A stretch of DNA of 64,000 nucleotides from Escherichia coli (GCF_003334255.1 NZ_QOWU01000007.1); one strand, 5' to 3'. Positions 10,242 to 21,742 are shown, counted from the first letter of the stretch. Notes: a model not told the origin generated them from the letters alone. Made by a program: numbers and translations.

Positions 10242-13200
10242 TTACACCTTTTCCACATTCACAAGGAAGGACTTAAACTCCGGCGTCTGCGTGTTCGCAT
10301 CACCAACGAATGGCGTTAAAGTATTGGCAATAAAGCCTTTTTTAGCTACGCCTTCATAGCCCCAGTGAATCGGAATACCGATGGTATCGATATCTTTGCC
10401 GTTCGCTTTCAGCGTGCGAATACGTTTGGTCACCACCGCTTTGGCTTTGATATAGCCACGGTTGGAGGAGACTTTCACGGTATCGCCCTGGGCAATGCCA
10501 AGTTTATTCGCCAGCGACTCCCCGATTTCCACAAACTGCTCTGGCTGCAAAATCGCGTTCAACAGCGCGTGTTTGGTCCAGTAGTGGAAGTGCTCGGTCA
10601 GACGATAGGTGGTTCCGACATACGGGAACTTATCGGCTTTACCCAATGCTTCGGCGTCGTCTTTAAAGATACGTGCAGCCGGGTTCGAGATAACGTTTGG
10701 ATGCAGCGGGTTAGTTCCCAGCGGCGTTTCAAACGGCTCGTAGTGTTCCGGGAACGGACCTTCCGCCATCTTATCGAGGGCAAACAGACGCCCCATGCCT
10801 TCCTGCTGCATGATAAACGGCCCGACGCCGCTACCCGGAGGCGCTGCGCTGTAGTCCGGAATATCCCAGCCGGTCCACTTAGTGCCGTCCCATTTCAGCA
10901 ACTGACGCTTCGGATCCCACGGGTTACCCTGCGGATCTGCGGAGGCGCGGTTATACAGAATGCGGCGGTTAAGCGGCCATGCCCATGCCCAGCCCAGCGT
11001 GTTACCGAGGCCAGACGGATCGGCGTTATCACGGCGTGCCATCTGGTTGCCTTCCGGCGTCCAGCTACCGGCGAAAATCCAGCAGCCACAGGAGGTTGTA
11101 CCGTCATCGCGCAATTGGGCGAACGAACTAAGTTGTTGGCCTTTCTTGACGATAACCGCACCGGTTGCCGGATCGGTAATATCGGCCAGCGCCTTACCGT
11201 TGCTCTCCATCGCCACTTCTTCTGAAGATGGCTCATGCGGAATGGCGTAGTTCCATGTCATGTTGAGCACCTGGTCCGGGTTCGCGCCACCCTGTTCGGC
11301 ATACATCTTGCGCAAGCGCAGGAAGATACCGGAGAGGATCTCGCCGTCAGTCAGCGCAATCCCCGGGGCGTCCGCACCTTTCCAGTGCCACTGTAACCAG
11401 CGACCTGAGTTAACGATAGAACCGTTCTCTTCCGCGAAGCAGGTCGATGGCAGACGGAACACTTCGGTCTGGATCTTCGACGAGTCAACTTCGTTCAGCT
11501 CACCGTGGTTCTGCCAGAAGTTAGAGGTTTCAGTGTTCAGTGGGTCGATGGTGACGAGGAACTTCAGTTTCGACAGACAACCGATCACTTTGTTTTTGTT
11601 CGGGAATGAGGCAACAGGGTTAAAGCCCTGGCAGATATAGCCATTGACCTTGCCCTCTTTCATCATCTCGAAGTATTGCAGGACGTCGTAGCCTTTATCC
11701 CACTTCGGCAACCAGTCAAAGCCCCAGCTATTTTCCGCCGTCGCTTTATCACCAAAGAAGGCCTTCATCATAGAGACGAAGAATTTCGGGTAGTTGCCCC
11801 AGTAGTTTACCTGGCCTTCCAGCAGCGGTTTTGGCGTGTTGGCGGTAAGGTAGGTTTGCAGATCGGTCTGCTTCTCGCTTGGCAGCGTCATGTAACCTGG
11901 CAGGCTCTGCGACAGCAGCCCCAGGTCCGTCAGCCCCTGAATATTGGAGTGACCGCGCAGGGCGTTAACGCCGCCGCCTGCCATCCCCATATTGCCGAGC
12001 AGCAGCTGGATCATCGCCATCGTACGAATGTTTTGCGCACCAACGGAGTGTTGCGTCCAGCCGAGGGCATACAGGAACGAGGCAGTTTTATCGTGAGCAC
12101 TGGTTTCTGCGATGTATTCGCAGACTTTCAGGAACGCGTCTTTTGGCGTACCACAGATGTTTTCAACCACATCTGGCGTGTAGCGGGAAACGTGCTGTTT
12201 CAGCAAGTTCCACACGCAGCGCGGATGTTGCAGCGTGGTATCGCGTTTGGCGAAGCCGTTTTCGTCCAGTTCATAAGTCCAGGAGGATTTATCGTACTTG
12301 CGTTTTTCCGCGTCGTAGCCGGTGAACAGGCCATCTTCAAAGCCGTAATCCTCACGCACGATCAGGCTGGCGTTGGTATAGGCTTCGGTGTATTCGCGGT
12401 TGAATTTTTCATTGTTCAGCAGGTACAGCAATACGCCTGACAGGAAAGCAATGTCAGTACCGGAACGAATAGGGGCATAGTAGTCAGCTACCGCCGCCGT
12501 ACGCGTAAAGCGAGGATCGATCACAATCAGCTTCGCGCCGTTGTGAATTTTGGCTTCCATCGCCCAGCGGAACCCGACCGGGTGAGCTTCAGCGGCATTA
12601 CCGCCCATCACCACGACGAGGTTGGCGTTCTTGATGTCGACCCAGTGGTTGGTCATCGCACCGCGACCAAATGTTGGAGCAAGACTTGCTACCGTTGGTC
12701 CGTGTCAGACACGCGCCTGGTTGTCGACCGCGAGCATACCCAGCGCGCGGGAGAATTTTTGCGTTAAATAGCCGGTTTCGTTACTCGACGCGGAAGCACA
12801 CAGCATCCCGGTGGAGAGCCAGCGGTTAACAGTCACGCCTTCGGCGTTTTGCGCAATGTAGTTAGCATCGCGGTCTTCTTTCATCAGTTTGGCGATGCGA
12901 TCAAACGCCTCTTCCCAACTGATTTGCTGCCATTTATCAGAACCTGGCGCACGGTATTCCGGAAACTTCAGACGGCTTTCGGAGTGGATGAAATCCACCA
13001 GGCCAGCGCCTTTCGGACAAAGTGCACCGCGGTTGACCGGGTGATCCGGATCGCCTTCGATATGGAAGATAGATGCTTTGGCGTTTTTTGCTCCGTCACC
13101 GAGGCTGTACATCAACAGCCCACAGCCTACGGAACAATAGGTGCAGGTATTACGGGTTTCGCGGGTGCGCAGCAGTTTATACTGCCGGGTTTCCGCGAGT

Positions 13201-13292
13201 GCTACGCTGGGTGCAAAACCCAGTGCCGCTGCCGTGGTGCCTGCCATACCGCCAGCGCAGATCTTAAAGAACTGCCTTCTGCTGACCTGCAT
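10242..13292 (-). CDS. fdoG: formate dehydrogenase-O major subunit, selenocysteine-containing (in-frame UGA at 12705-12707)
   Basis: ORF-track ORFs 12705-13292 (195 aa, Tat signal RRQFFKICAGGMAGTTAAALG) and 10242-12656 (804 aa) are in the same frame, separated by one TGA; combined length 1016 codons. Confidence 0.9.
12660..12704 (-). promoter_or_regulatory. probable SECIS stem-loop directly 3' of the fdoG UGA codon
   Basis: mRNA reads UGA CAC GGA CCA ACG GUA GCA AGU CUU GCU CCA ...; small hairpin GCAA/UUGC with GUC loop in the position expected for a bacterial SECIS. Confidence 0.5.
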
Positions 13293-13485
13293 GGATTGCT
13301 CCTTGTTTCGACATTGTCACGTCCCATTTACATTCGCTTGCTGCGTGTGCAGGGAGTGGGAGTTATTTTTCTTTGCGGAAGGGGCCGCAAAGGTCCAGAA
13401 TTGGCTCAATTTCCCTCCATCCAGGAAGGGTTTGTAACAGAATACCATAATGTTGGTGTGTGTGTTCTTATCTGGTTAAGAGAAA

Positions 13486-14319
13486 GTGAAAAAAACACAG
13501 CGAAAAGAAATCGAAAATGTGACAAATATCACAGGTGTTCGTCAAATTGAGTTATGGCGGCGTGATGATTTACAACACCCACGGTTAGATGAGGTCGCGG
13601 AAGAAGTTCCCGTTGCGCTGGTCTACAACGGCATTTCGCATGTGGTGATGATGGCGTCGCCCAAAGACCTTGAGTACTTTGCGCTCGGTTTTTCGCTTTC
13701 CGAGGGGATTATCGAAAGTCCGCGCGATATCTTCGGCATGGATGTCGTTCCTTCCTGTAATGGTCTTGAAGTACAAATTGAGCTTTCCAGCCGCCGCTTT
13801 ATGGGGTTGAAGGAGCGCCGCCGGGCGCTGGCGGGACGTACGGGCTGTGGCGTATGCGGCGTGGAGCAACTTAATGACATCGGAAAACCGGTGCAGCCGC
13901 TACCGTTCACCCAGACGTTTGATCTCAACAAACTGGATGATGCATTACGTCATCTCAACGATTTTCAGCCAGTGGGGCAACTGACTGGTTGTACTCACGC
14001 CGCTGCCTGGATGTTGCCATCTGGCGAACTGGTCGGCGGGCATGAAGACGTGGGTCGCCATGTGGCGCTGGACAAACTGTTAGGCCGCCGGTCACAAGAA
14101 GGGGAAAGCTGGCAGCAAGGTGCGGTACTGGTTTCCAGTCGTGCCAGTTATGAAATGGTGCAAAAGTCGGCGATGTGCGGCGTAGAGATTTTGTTTGCGG
14201 TGTCTGCCGCGACCACGCTTGCTGTAGAAGTGGCTGAGCGCTGTAATCTGACACTGGTAGGTTTTTGTAAACCGGGTCGGGCAACGGTTTATACCCATCC
14301 GCAGCGTTTGAGCAATTAA
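13486..14319 (+). CDS. fdhD: formate dehydrogenase sulfurtransferase / accessory protein FdhD
   Basis: 277-aa ORF divergent from fdoG; matches recalled FdhD. Confidence 0.9.
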
Positions 14320-14324
14320 TTAAA

Positions 14325-14370
14325 ATAAGTCCTGCGAAATATATTAAATTGCAGGACTTATTCATTTCGT
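14325..14370 (+). terminator. fdhD terminator hairpin (11-bp stem ATAAGTCCTGC / GCAGGACTTAT)
   Basis: Long inverted repeat 6 nt after the fdhD stop, followed by a T-containing run. Confidence 0.5.
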
Positions 14371-14471
14371 GAATTTTATTATTTTATTTATAAACAAAAT
14401 GCGTGTAGTGGCGTTTTCTTTTTTCATTTATTATGTTCACTCTCTTATCTATATATTTATAAGGCAATTAA

Positions 14472-15527
14472 ATGAAAAGGAATTTATTATCTTCCGCTAT
14501 TATAGTCGCCATCATGTCCCTCGGTCTGACGGGTTGTGATGATAAAAAAGCCGAAACAGAAACGCTCCCGCCTGCCAATAGTCAACCTGCCGCACCAGCT
14601 CCTGAAGCGAAACCTACTGAAGCTCCCGTTGCAAAAGCAGAAGCTAAACCTGAAACACCTGCGCAACCGGTGGTCGATGAACAAGCGGTTTTCGACGAAA
14701 AAATGGATGTCTATATCAAGTGCTACAACAAGTTACAGATCCCGGTACAGCGCAGTCTGGCGCGTTATGCTGACTGGCTGAAAGATTTTAAACAGGGGCC
14801 TACCGGTGAAGAGCGTACTGTTTATGGCATCTACGGCATTAGTGAATCCAACCTCGCTGAGTGTGAAAAAGGCGTAAAAAGTGCTGTGGCGTTAACGCCT
14901 GCGCTGCAACCAATTGATGGCGTGGCGGTGAGTTATATCGATGCTGCCGTGGCGTTGGGTAATACCATTAACGAAATGGATAAATATTACACCCAGGAAA
15001 ATTATAAAGACGATGCGTTTGCGAAAGGGAAAACGCTGCACCAGACATTCTTAAAAAATCTGGAAGCCTTTGAACCTGTAGCCGAATCTTATCATGCGGC
15101 GATTCAGGAAATTAATGATAAGCGTCAGCTTGCGGAATTGAAAAATATTGAAGAAAGAGAAGGGAAAACATTCCACTACTACTCTCTGGCAGTCATGATT
15201 TCAGCGAAACAAATTAATAACCTGATATCGCAAGATAAGTTTGATGCAGAAGCGGCAATGAAGAAAGTGTCTGAACTGGAAACGCTAGTGGCGCAGGCCA
15301 AAGAAGCGGATAAAGGCGGCATGAATTTCTCGTTTATTAATTCGGCAGGCCAGTATCAACTCGAGGCTAAAAAATACGTTCGCCGCATCAGAGATAAAGT
15401 CCCGTACTCTGACTGGGATAAAGAGCAACTTCAGGACGCAAACTCAAGCTGGATGGTCGAAGACTCTTTCCCGAGAGCATTACGCGAGTACAACGAAATG
15501 GTTGATGACTATAATAGCCTGCGTTAA
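14472..15527 (+). CDS. yiiG: lipoprotein YiiG (DUF3829 family)
   Basis: 351-aa ORF; lipoprotein signal with lipobox LGLTGC; Pro/Ala/Glu/Lys-rich linker after the signal peptide. Confidence 0.8.
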   Translation: MKRNLLSSAIIVAIMSLGLTGCDDKKAETETLPPANSQPAAPAPEAKPTEAPVAKAEAKPETPAQPVVDEQAVFDEKMDVYIKCYNKLQIPVQRSLARYADWLKDFKQGPTGEERTVYGIYGISESNLAECEKGVKSAVALTPALQPIDGVAVSYIDAAVALGNTINEMDKYYTQENYKDDAFAKGKTLHQTFLKNLEAFEPVAESYHAAIQEINDKRQLAELKNIEEREGKTFHYYSLAVMISAKQINNLISQDKFDAEAAMKKVSELETLVAQAKEADKGGMNFSFINSAGQYQLEAKKYVRRIRDKVPYSDWDKEQLQDANSSWMVEDSFPRALREYNEMVDDYNSLR

Positions 15528-15548
15528 ACGTTTTTGATGATAAATGCA

Positions 15549-15573
15549 GTGTCGGATGCGGCGCATCCGACAC
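15549..15573. terminator. near-perfect palindrome between convergent yiiG and frvR (candidate bidirectional terminator)
   Basis: gtgtcggatgcg-g-cgcatccgacac read directly; GC-rich stem of about 11 bp. Confidence 0.5.
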
Positions 15574-15576
15574 AGT

Positions 15577-17325
15577 TCACCCCTTGTGAAGTAACTCCAT
15601 AAATGCCTCATATCCTGTTAACCCGGCAATAATCTCCGCCGGATGCTGACACAATATGCTTGCCAGATAGCTAAATATTTTTAGCTCATGACGCGCATCG
15701 GCGGCGGCGCAGGCGATCAAGACATGGTTAATGACTTCGTTATTCACCTCAACTGGTTGGGCGAGGGTAATAAAAAATCCACGAAAACGTCGCTCCTGTT
15801 CGCTCCAGCAATGTGGGATGGCGAGGCGATTAACAATCAGGTTTTCACCTTCGCCTTCGCGGGCGATGATGCGTTGTGCTTCATCGGCGGTAATATGGTG
15901 TTGTGCGACTAATTGCGCACAAATTTGCCGGGTAATATGTTGCCAGCTTTCACCGCGTACATTCGAATAATGAAAACTTCCGGGGGCAGAGAAAAAACGC
16001 TCCGGCTGTTGGCGAATAAATGCCGTCGCCAGAAAATGTTTTATTTGTTCGATACCGGCAGCCGTAATGATATTTTTTACGGTGATGTAATTATTTACCG
16101 CGTCATCCAGTAAATAATGGCTGTTGTTAATGATCAATAACGGCTCAATCTCTTCGCGAATGGCAACAAGTTCGCTTAAGCTACGGGCAATAATTACCCG
16201 ACAATTTAAAACATCGCGCTCAATGGCGAGCTGATTAATAGTGGCAATCGCGTTCTGGTCCGAGAGCAAAATGATCGGCTGGCGTTCGTTTTGATGCCGC
16301 TCCAGCGCACAGGCAAAATACAAACCGATCAGATCGCTGTCGAAAAGGGGAATATCGAGCTGTTCACGCAGTAGCGTAATAAAGTGCAGACTCATATCAA
16401 AGGCCGCAGGCCAGGCGGCTTTCAGGTTATTCATGCTGCTCTGGCGGTGCTCAGCAATCCACACTGGTGCGGCAAGGCAACGTAATAAATGCCCGGTAAT
16501 ATTCTCAACCAGCTGCGCATCAATAATATTCAATGACGCGATGCCCGGCACCCTTTGCAGCAACCCCTGCACATTATCGGCTGAAATTACCTGCGCTTGC
16601 TGATGCTGTTTCTCTATCAAACCCGTCAGGGTTCTTACAGCGTTATCACCAAGAAACAGACCGCTATGTTCAACGATTTGTTTTATCTCGTCACCGGGAT
16701 ATTGCGGCCACTCATCGGTCAGTTGATTACGCAGGGCGTAAATCGCCAGAATCAGGCTGGAGAGATAATCACCCTGCATGAGCGGCCAGCGGTGTTGGTT
16801 GTCGCAGGCCGTGGATAAATGCTGAAGGTTGTCTCGTGTTATGCCCGCCAGCGGAATTAAAAACGGATCTTTGCGCAGCAAGTTCGCCAGCAAGATAACG
16901 CGTTTCTCTTCTGTCTCATCAATGAAATGGCCCAAACCAGGGCGGCTGGCCAGGCAACAAGTGCGTTCATAACGCTGTTTTAACCGGGGCAGACGCTCTG
17001 CTACCCACGTTTCTGGCAAATTAAGCGCCGAGGCGAGTTGCGCACGGGGAGTGAAAGTATTCAGTAATAACAGCGCCAGCAGCCGATCGTCGTTATCGTG
17101 CTTTTGCAGCAACTGAAAAAAGCTGCGGCGCTCGAAGATTTCCAGCTGATAGCCCGCACTACCACTGGCGAAAATGCGGGCTTTGCCGTTAAGGGTGAAG
17201 TTGAGATAGTCAATATCACGCAGGATGGTCCTGCCTGAAACGCCAGTCTGTTGCGCCAGCTCGCCAGGCGTGCGCGGCTGTTGCTCCAGCAGATCGACAA
17301 TCTTTAACTGGCGTTCGTTTAGCAT
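15577..17325 (-). CDS. frvR: frv operon transcriptional regulator
   Basis: 582-aa ORF; N-terminal HTH region; 1-bp overlap with frvX. Confidence 0.85.
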   Translation of the reverse strand: MLNERQLKIVDLLEQQPRTPGELAQQTGVSGRTILRDIDYLNFTLNGKARIFASGSAGYQLEIFERRSFFQLLQKHDNDDRLLALLLLNTFTPRAQLASALNLPETWVAERLPRLKQRYERTCCLASRPGLGHFIDETEEKRVILLANLLRKDPFLIPLAGITRDNLQHLSTACDNQHRWPLMQGDYLSSLILAIYALRNQLTDEWPQYPGDEIKQIVEHSGLFLGDNAVRTLTGLIEKQHQQAQVISADNVQGLLQRVPGIASLNIIDAQLVENITGHLLRCLAAPVWIAEHRQSSMNNLKAAWPAAFDMSLHFITLLREQLDIPLFDSDLIGLYFACALERHQNERQPIILLSDQNAIATINQLAIERDVLNCRVIIARSLSELVAIREEIEPLLIINNSHYLLDDAVNNYITVKNIITAAGIEQIKHFLATAFIRQQPERFFSAPGSFHYSNVRGESWQHITRQICAQLVAQHHITADEAQRIIAREGEGENLIVNRLAIPHCWSEQERRFRGFFITLAQPVEVNNEVINHVLIACAAADARHELKIFSYLASILCQHPAEIIAGLTGYEAFMELLHKG

Positions 17326-18401
17326 TAATCCACCTGACGGAACTGGCTAAACGCGTTGACTTTCTCCGCAGTTAAGGTCGTCAGAAAACCCCGTATCAGC
17401 GTGAGCAGAGCTTCGTAATCGGCTTTTGAAATCATACCGCTGTTGGCGTGCAGATAACGAGTTGGCAGACACAGCGCGACAACCGGACGCCCGCCGCCCA
17501 TCACGTTGTAGCGCCCGCCATCCGTCGCACCGGTTTTCATGGTGGAAAATTGCAGCGGTAAATCGTTATGTGCGGCACAGCTTTTTAACGCTGCTACCAG
17601 TTTCTGGTTGGGGAAGTAGCGCTTGTCAAACAGCATCAGCCCCGGCCCCTGGCCCAGTTTCAGCGGGTATTTAATGTTATCAATGCCCGGAACATCGCCC
17701 GCTACGGCGGTATCCAACACGATCACGACGTCCGGTTTAATGTGTTCCGCCGAGGTTTGCGCCCCGCGTAGCCCAACTTCTTCTTCCACACTGCCAACGC
17801 CATACAGCGTAATTTCGGGATTATTCACCGTCTGCAATAGTTCAGCCATCATTGCGCAGCCGATGCGGTTATCCAACGCCTTGCCGACCACTTTATCTTC
17901 GCCCCAGCAGGCAAAATTGGCTTCCGGGCTAATAAAATTACCAATTTCCACGCCGCGCTTTTCCACCTCTTCGCGACTGTTCGCGCCAATATCAATGAAC
18001 ATCTCATCAAATGACAGCGGTTGTTGCTTTTGCTTTTCCGTTAACGCATGAGGCGCGACGGAACCAATCACACCAGGGATTTTCACTCCCTTGTGTGTGC
18101 GTATGGTTACCCGGTGGTTGAGCATCGACTGATTCCACCAGCCGCCAATGGTGGTAAAACGCAGAAAACCGCTCTCGTCGATGTGGGTGACCATAAAGCC
18201 GACTTCATCCATATGTCCGACAACGGCAACTTTTGGACCTTTATTCCCCTTACGGGCAACAAAGCTGCCCAGACCATCGAAGGTGATTTCATTCACGCAA
18301 GGTTCCAGCGTGTTTATCAGAATGTCGCGAACTTCCTGTTCATCGCCGCTGACGGCGCTGGCTTCGCACAACTGTTGCAGTAACTCAATGTTCATGGACA
18401 A
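17325..18401 (-). CDS. frvX: M42-family peptidase-like protein of the frv operon
   Basis: 358-aa ORF (true start may be 2 codons later at MNIELLQQ); overlaps frvB by 17 bp. Confidence 0.85.
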   Translation of the reverse strand: MSMNIELLQQLCEASAVSGDEQEVRDILINTLEPCVNEITFDGLGSFVARKGNKGPKVAVVGHMDEVGFMVTHIDESGFLRFTTIGGWWNQSMLNHRVTIRTHKGVKIPGVIGSVAPHALTEKQKQQPLSFDEMFIDIGANSREEVEKRGVEIGNFISPEANFACWGEDKVVGKALDNRIGCAMMAELLQTVNNPEITLYGVGSVEEEVGLRGAQTSAEHIKPDVVIVLDTAVAGDVPGIDNIKYPLKLGQGPGLMLFDKRYFPNQKLVAALKSCAAHNDLPLQFSTMKTGATDGGRYNVMGGGRPVVALCLPTRYLHANSGMISKADYEALLTLIRGFLTTLTAEKVNAFSQFRQVD

Positions 18402-19842
18402 GCTCCTGTTGCGCGGCTTTCGCTTTGCGGCGTAACCACAATCCTTTCAGGACGATAATGAATGAAATGTTCAGCGCGAGGCCAATCGCCAGCACCAGAT
18501 AAAACGAACCCACCGGCGACATCAGGCCGATCAGCGGGTCAAAGATACCCAAACCAGGTGCCAGACGTTTGATTCCGAAAGCGATCACCAGCACGCCGGT
18601 AATGCCGCCCGCCAGCGTATTGGCGGTAATCATCGGCAACGGAGCTGCCAGAGCGTAAGGAATAGCCGGTTCGGTTGCGACTGTGGCACCGACCACAATG
18701 GCACTACTGGCAGCCTCTTTTTCCTGTCGGGTAAACAGTTTGGGCGCAATGAACGTCGCAAGACCCGCCGCGACGGGCGGCATCAGCGCGACAACGCCGA
18801 CGATGGCGTACCAGTCATAAATGTGTTTTTCCAGCAGTGAGAAGCAGAAGAACCAGGCGGTTTTATTGATGGGGCCGCCCATATCGAACGCCAGCATCGC
18901 ACCGACCAGAAACGCTGCCGCAAACTTCATTGATGGAGGAATGGTATTCAGGAAGTGGAGCAGCCCGCCCATGAGGTCGGACATCACCGGCCCGATAACG
19001 TAGTAAGTGAGCACGCCGAAAACCAGCAGAGTAACGAACGGGATCAGCATTGAACCGAGCAGCGGTTGTAATGCTTTGCCAAGGCGCACTTTGCGGAACC
19101 AGAAGACGAAATAGCCAATCGCCAGCCCCAGCACCACCGCGCCGAGGAATCCCGCACCCGACTGGGTGCCGAGCAGCGCTTTGTCGTTCGCCAGATAGCA
19201 AACCAGAAACGCCGGAGCGAAAGCCGGTTTATCGGCAATCGACGAGGCAATATAAGCGCCCATGATGGGGATCATAAAGGTGAAGCCAAGGTAACCGATG
19301 GATTCAACTACCCAGGTAAACGACGGCGCGCCTTTCGACATATCGGTATACGGCAAACCGAACTGCACCAGCATGTTGGCAAGCGCCACCAGGATACCAC
19401 CGCCGATGACAAACGGCAGCGCCGCAGAGACGCCCGCCATCAGGTGGCTCATCACGCTACCGCTTTGCACTTCCTGTTTGCCAAGCTTCACGCCGCTATC
19501 TGCGGCAAAAAGCTGCGAGTTTGTCGGTAATTCGCTGAAAATCTGGTCGATATTTTTCAACGCCTGGGAGATGGCAATCTCATAAACTTTCTTCCCGGCA
19601 AACCGCGCGCGATCATCACCGCTCAGGCCACGCCCGGTAGCGAGAATGACGTAATCGGCAGCGGCAATCTCTTCGCTGGATAAGCGGTTTTCAACGCCAC
19701 TGGACCCTTGAGTTTCCACTTTTATGGTATGACCGAGAGAACGGGCTTTCTGTTCCAGGGCTTCCGCCACCATGTAGGTGTGAGCGATCCCGGCGGGGCA
19801 GTTGGTGATCGCGACAATACGTAAGGATGACTCCATCGCCAC
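18385..19842 (-). CDS. frvB: fructose-like PTS enzyme IIBC component
   Basis: 485-aa ORF; N-terminal IIB domain (IVAITNCPAGIAHTYM) followed by a polytopic membrane domain. Confidence 0.85.
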   Translation of the reverse strand: MAMESSLRIVAITNCPAGIAHTYMVAEALEQKARSLGHTIKVETQGSSGVENRLSSEEIAAADYVILATGRGLSGDDRARFAGKKVYEIAISQALKNIDQIFSELPTNSQLFAADSGVKLGKQEVQSGSVMSHLMAGVSAALPFVIGGGILVALANMLVQFGLPYTDMSKGAPSFTWVVESIGYLGFTFMIPIMGAYIASSIADKPAFAPAFLVCYLANDKALLGTQSGAGFLGAVVLGLAIGYFVFWFRKVRLGKALQPLLGSMLIPFVTLLVFGVLTYYVIGPVMSDLMGGLLHFLNTIPPSMKFAAAFLVGAMLAFDMGGPINKTAWFFCFSLLEKHIYDWYAIVGVVALMPPVAAGLATFIAPKLFTRQEKEAASSAIVVGATVATEPAIPYALAAPLPMITANTLAGGITGVLVIAFGIKRLAPGLGIFDPLIGLMSPVGSFYLVLAIGLALNISFIIVLKGLWLRRKAKAAQQELVHEH

Positions 19843-19846
19843 TTCC

Positions 19847-20293
19847 TTATGAGCTGAGGGTTTGATTTAACAAGGCAAGCACCTGGTCGGTATCGCCCTG
19901 TTGCAGTTGATGAATAAATTCCTTGTGAATAATTTTGCGACACAGTGTGCCGATGATTTTGACCTGATCCTCTTCGCCGCTTTGCGGCACGCCGAGGCAG
20001 ATCCAGCAATTGACGTCTTCGCCATCGCTGGCTTTCCAGTCAATAGCCTGCGCTTTGCGGGCGAATAATACGAACGGTTGTTTAACGCAGGCGCTTTTAC
20101 CGTGCGGCACGGCGACACCGGAACCAAATCCAGTAGAGTGCATTTTTTCGCGCAGCAGCAGGGTTTGCAGGAACTGGTGTGAGTCGGTGATAAAACCGTT
20201 TTGTAACGCTATTGTCGCCAACTGCTTCAGAACGGAATAAGCGCCATTGCCCTGAATATTCAGGTCAATACAGCTTGCAGTAAGAGCTGCCAT
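19847..20293 (-). CDS. frvA: fructose-like PTS enzyme IIA component
   Basis: 148-aa ORF with PTS EIIA-type His region (GSGVAVPHG). Confidence 0.85.
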   Translation of the reverse strand: MAALTASCIDLNIQGNGAYSVLKQLATIALQNGFITDSHQFLQTLLLREKMHSTGFGSGVAVPHGKSACVKQPFVLFARKAQAIDWKASDGEDVNCWICLGVPQSGEEDQVKIIGTLCRKIIHKEFIHQLQQGDTDQVLALLNQTLSS

Positions 20294-20593
20294 TAATCGG
20301 ACTCCATAAAATATATTTTAATCAATTGTAATGGTGGAGCGATTAAGTGATGAGAGGCGATATGTCGGTAAACAATGACAATTTGAGACAGAGTGAAAGG
20401 TCAGATTTGCGGAGTAATGCACATAATGGTTATTTAAATAAACCACATGAATCATTAATGGGTTATTCATTATTTTTGTGATTTACTCACAATGTATCAG
20501 GGAAATATAACTTACCGGGAGATGTAATATGTTTAATTTTTCAAATCGAAATTTAAAATATTGTGCCGGAGGCATCTCTGGCACATTGGGCAA

Positions 20594-20908
20594 TTACGGC
20601 AGGTAAAACACTTCTTGCAGCTCGCTACTCACCGGGCTGTTATCCGGGTTAGCGGGCATAACATCGGTCATATATTTCCACCAACGTTGGCAAACATCAG
20701 TGCTGGCAACCGCATTCCAGCGTTCTTCAGATTCAATCTCTACCATGGCAAACAGCAGATTACGCGCTTTGTCGAGATAGATGGCGTAGTTATGCGCACC
20801 GTGAGATTTCAGCACTGCTTCCAGTTCTGGCCAGATGGGATTATGCCGACGCTGATACTCTTCGTGGGCGTCGGGGTTTACCTGCATGACAAAGGCTTTG
20901 CGGATCAT
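20594..20908 (-). CDS. rhaM: L-rhamnose mutarotase
   Basis: 104-aa [33 protein letters not shown] matches recalled RhaM/YiiL. Confidence 0.9.
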
Positions 20909-20917
20909 GTTTGCTCC

Positions 20918-21742
20918 TTACAGCGCCAGCGCACTGGCGAGTGGCGTAACGCCGAAACGCTTGCCGAGCGCTATCAACTCTTCACGGCTGATGGTCTGTT
21001 TCATGCCGCCCATCGAATAAACCTTCACTAATACTTGTGCTGATTTTTCTGCGGTGTCGATTAAACCGAAGGTTTCATCCAGCGTCGGTCCGCTGCCGAA
21101 GACGCCGTGGAAGGGCCACAACACCAGCGAATGTTTTTGCATCTCTTGTGCGGTCGCCTGGCCGATTTCGTCCGTGCCGGGCACCATCCACGGCAAAATG
21201 CCAACGCCATCCGGGAATACCACCAGACACTCGGTGCTGCCTTCCCACAGTTGGCGAGTGAAGACCGCGGTGTCGTTTTCAAGTACATAGGTGAGGGCGA
21301 TCAGGTTGGTGGCGTGGCAGTGCATGATCACCCGATCTTTGCCGTTGGTGGCTTTAATGCGCTCGCAGTGGGAAAGGAAGTGAGCCGGAAGTTCGGAAGT
21401 GGGGACGGCTTCGTTGGTTAACCCCCAAAGAATGTGGTAGCCCGCGCCGTCGCTGTCGACTTTTACGATGCCTAAGTTAGCCGCAGGATCAAGCTGGACG
21501 TTACGGAAGAATTTGCCCGAGCCGGTGACAATAAACGGTGTATTTGCCAGTAAAGGCATGGGCTGGCTGAGCGGGATATAGCGCGGTTGTTGGTGGAAAT
21601 TGTCGTGATATGGTGCGATATCGGCGTCATCCAGGCGTAGCGTCAGGTTGCCGCCGTTGCGCTCATCCCAGCCTTTCAGCCAGGCGTCGGTGGTGGCTTT
21701 GATCATTCCCTGGACAAACCAGGACTGAGTAATGTTTTGCAT
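20918..21742 (-). CDS. rhaD: rhamnulose-1-phosphate aldolase
   Basis: ORF-track ORF 20918-21814; true start taken as [32 protein letters not shown] (274 aa). Confidence 0.9.

Noticed and set aside
10242-13292. fdoG appearing as two separate ORFs, suggesting a pseudogene
   Set aside because: The split is at a single in-frame TGA in the position of the selenocysteine codon of formate dehydrogenases, so the gene is intact.
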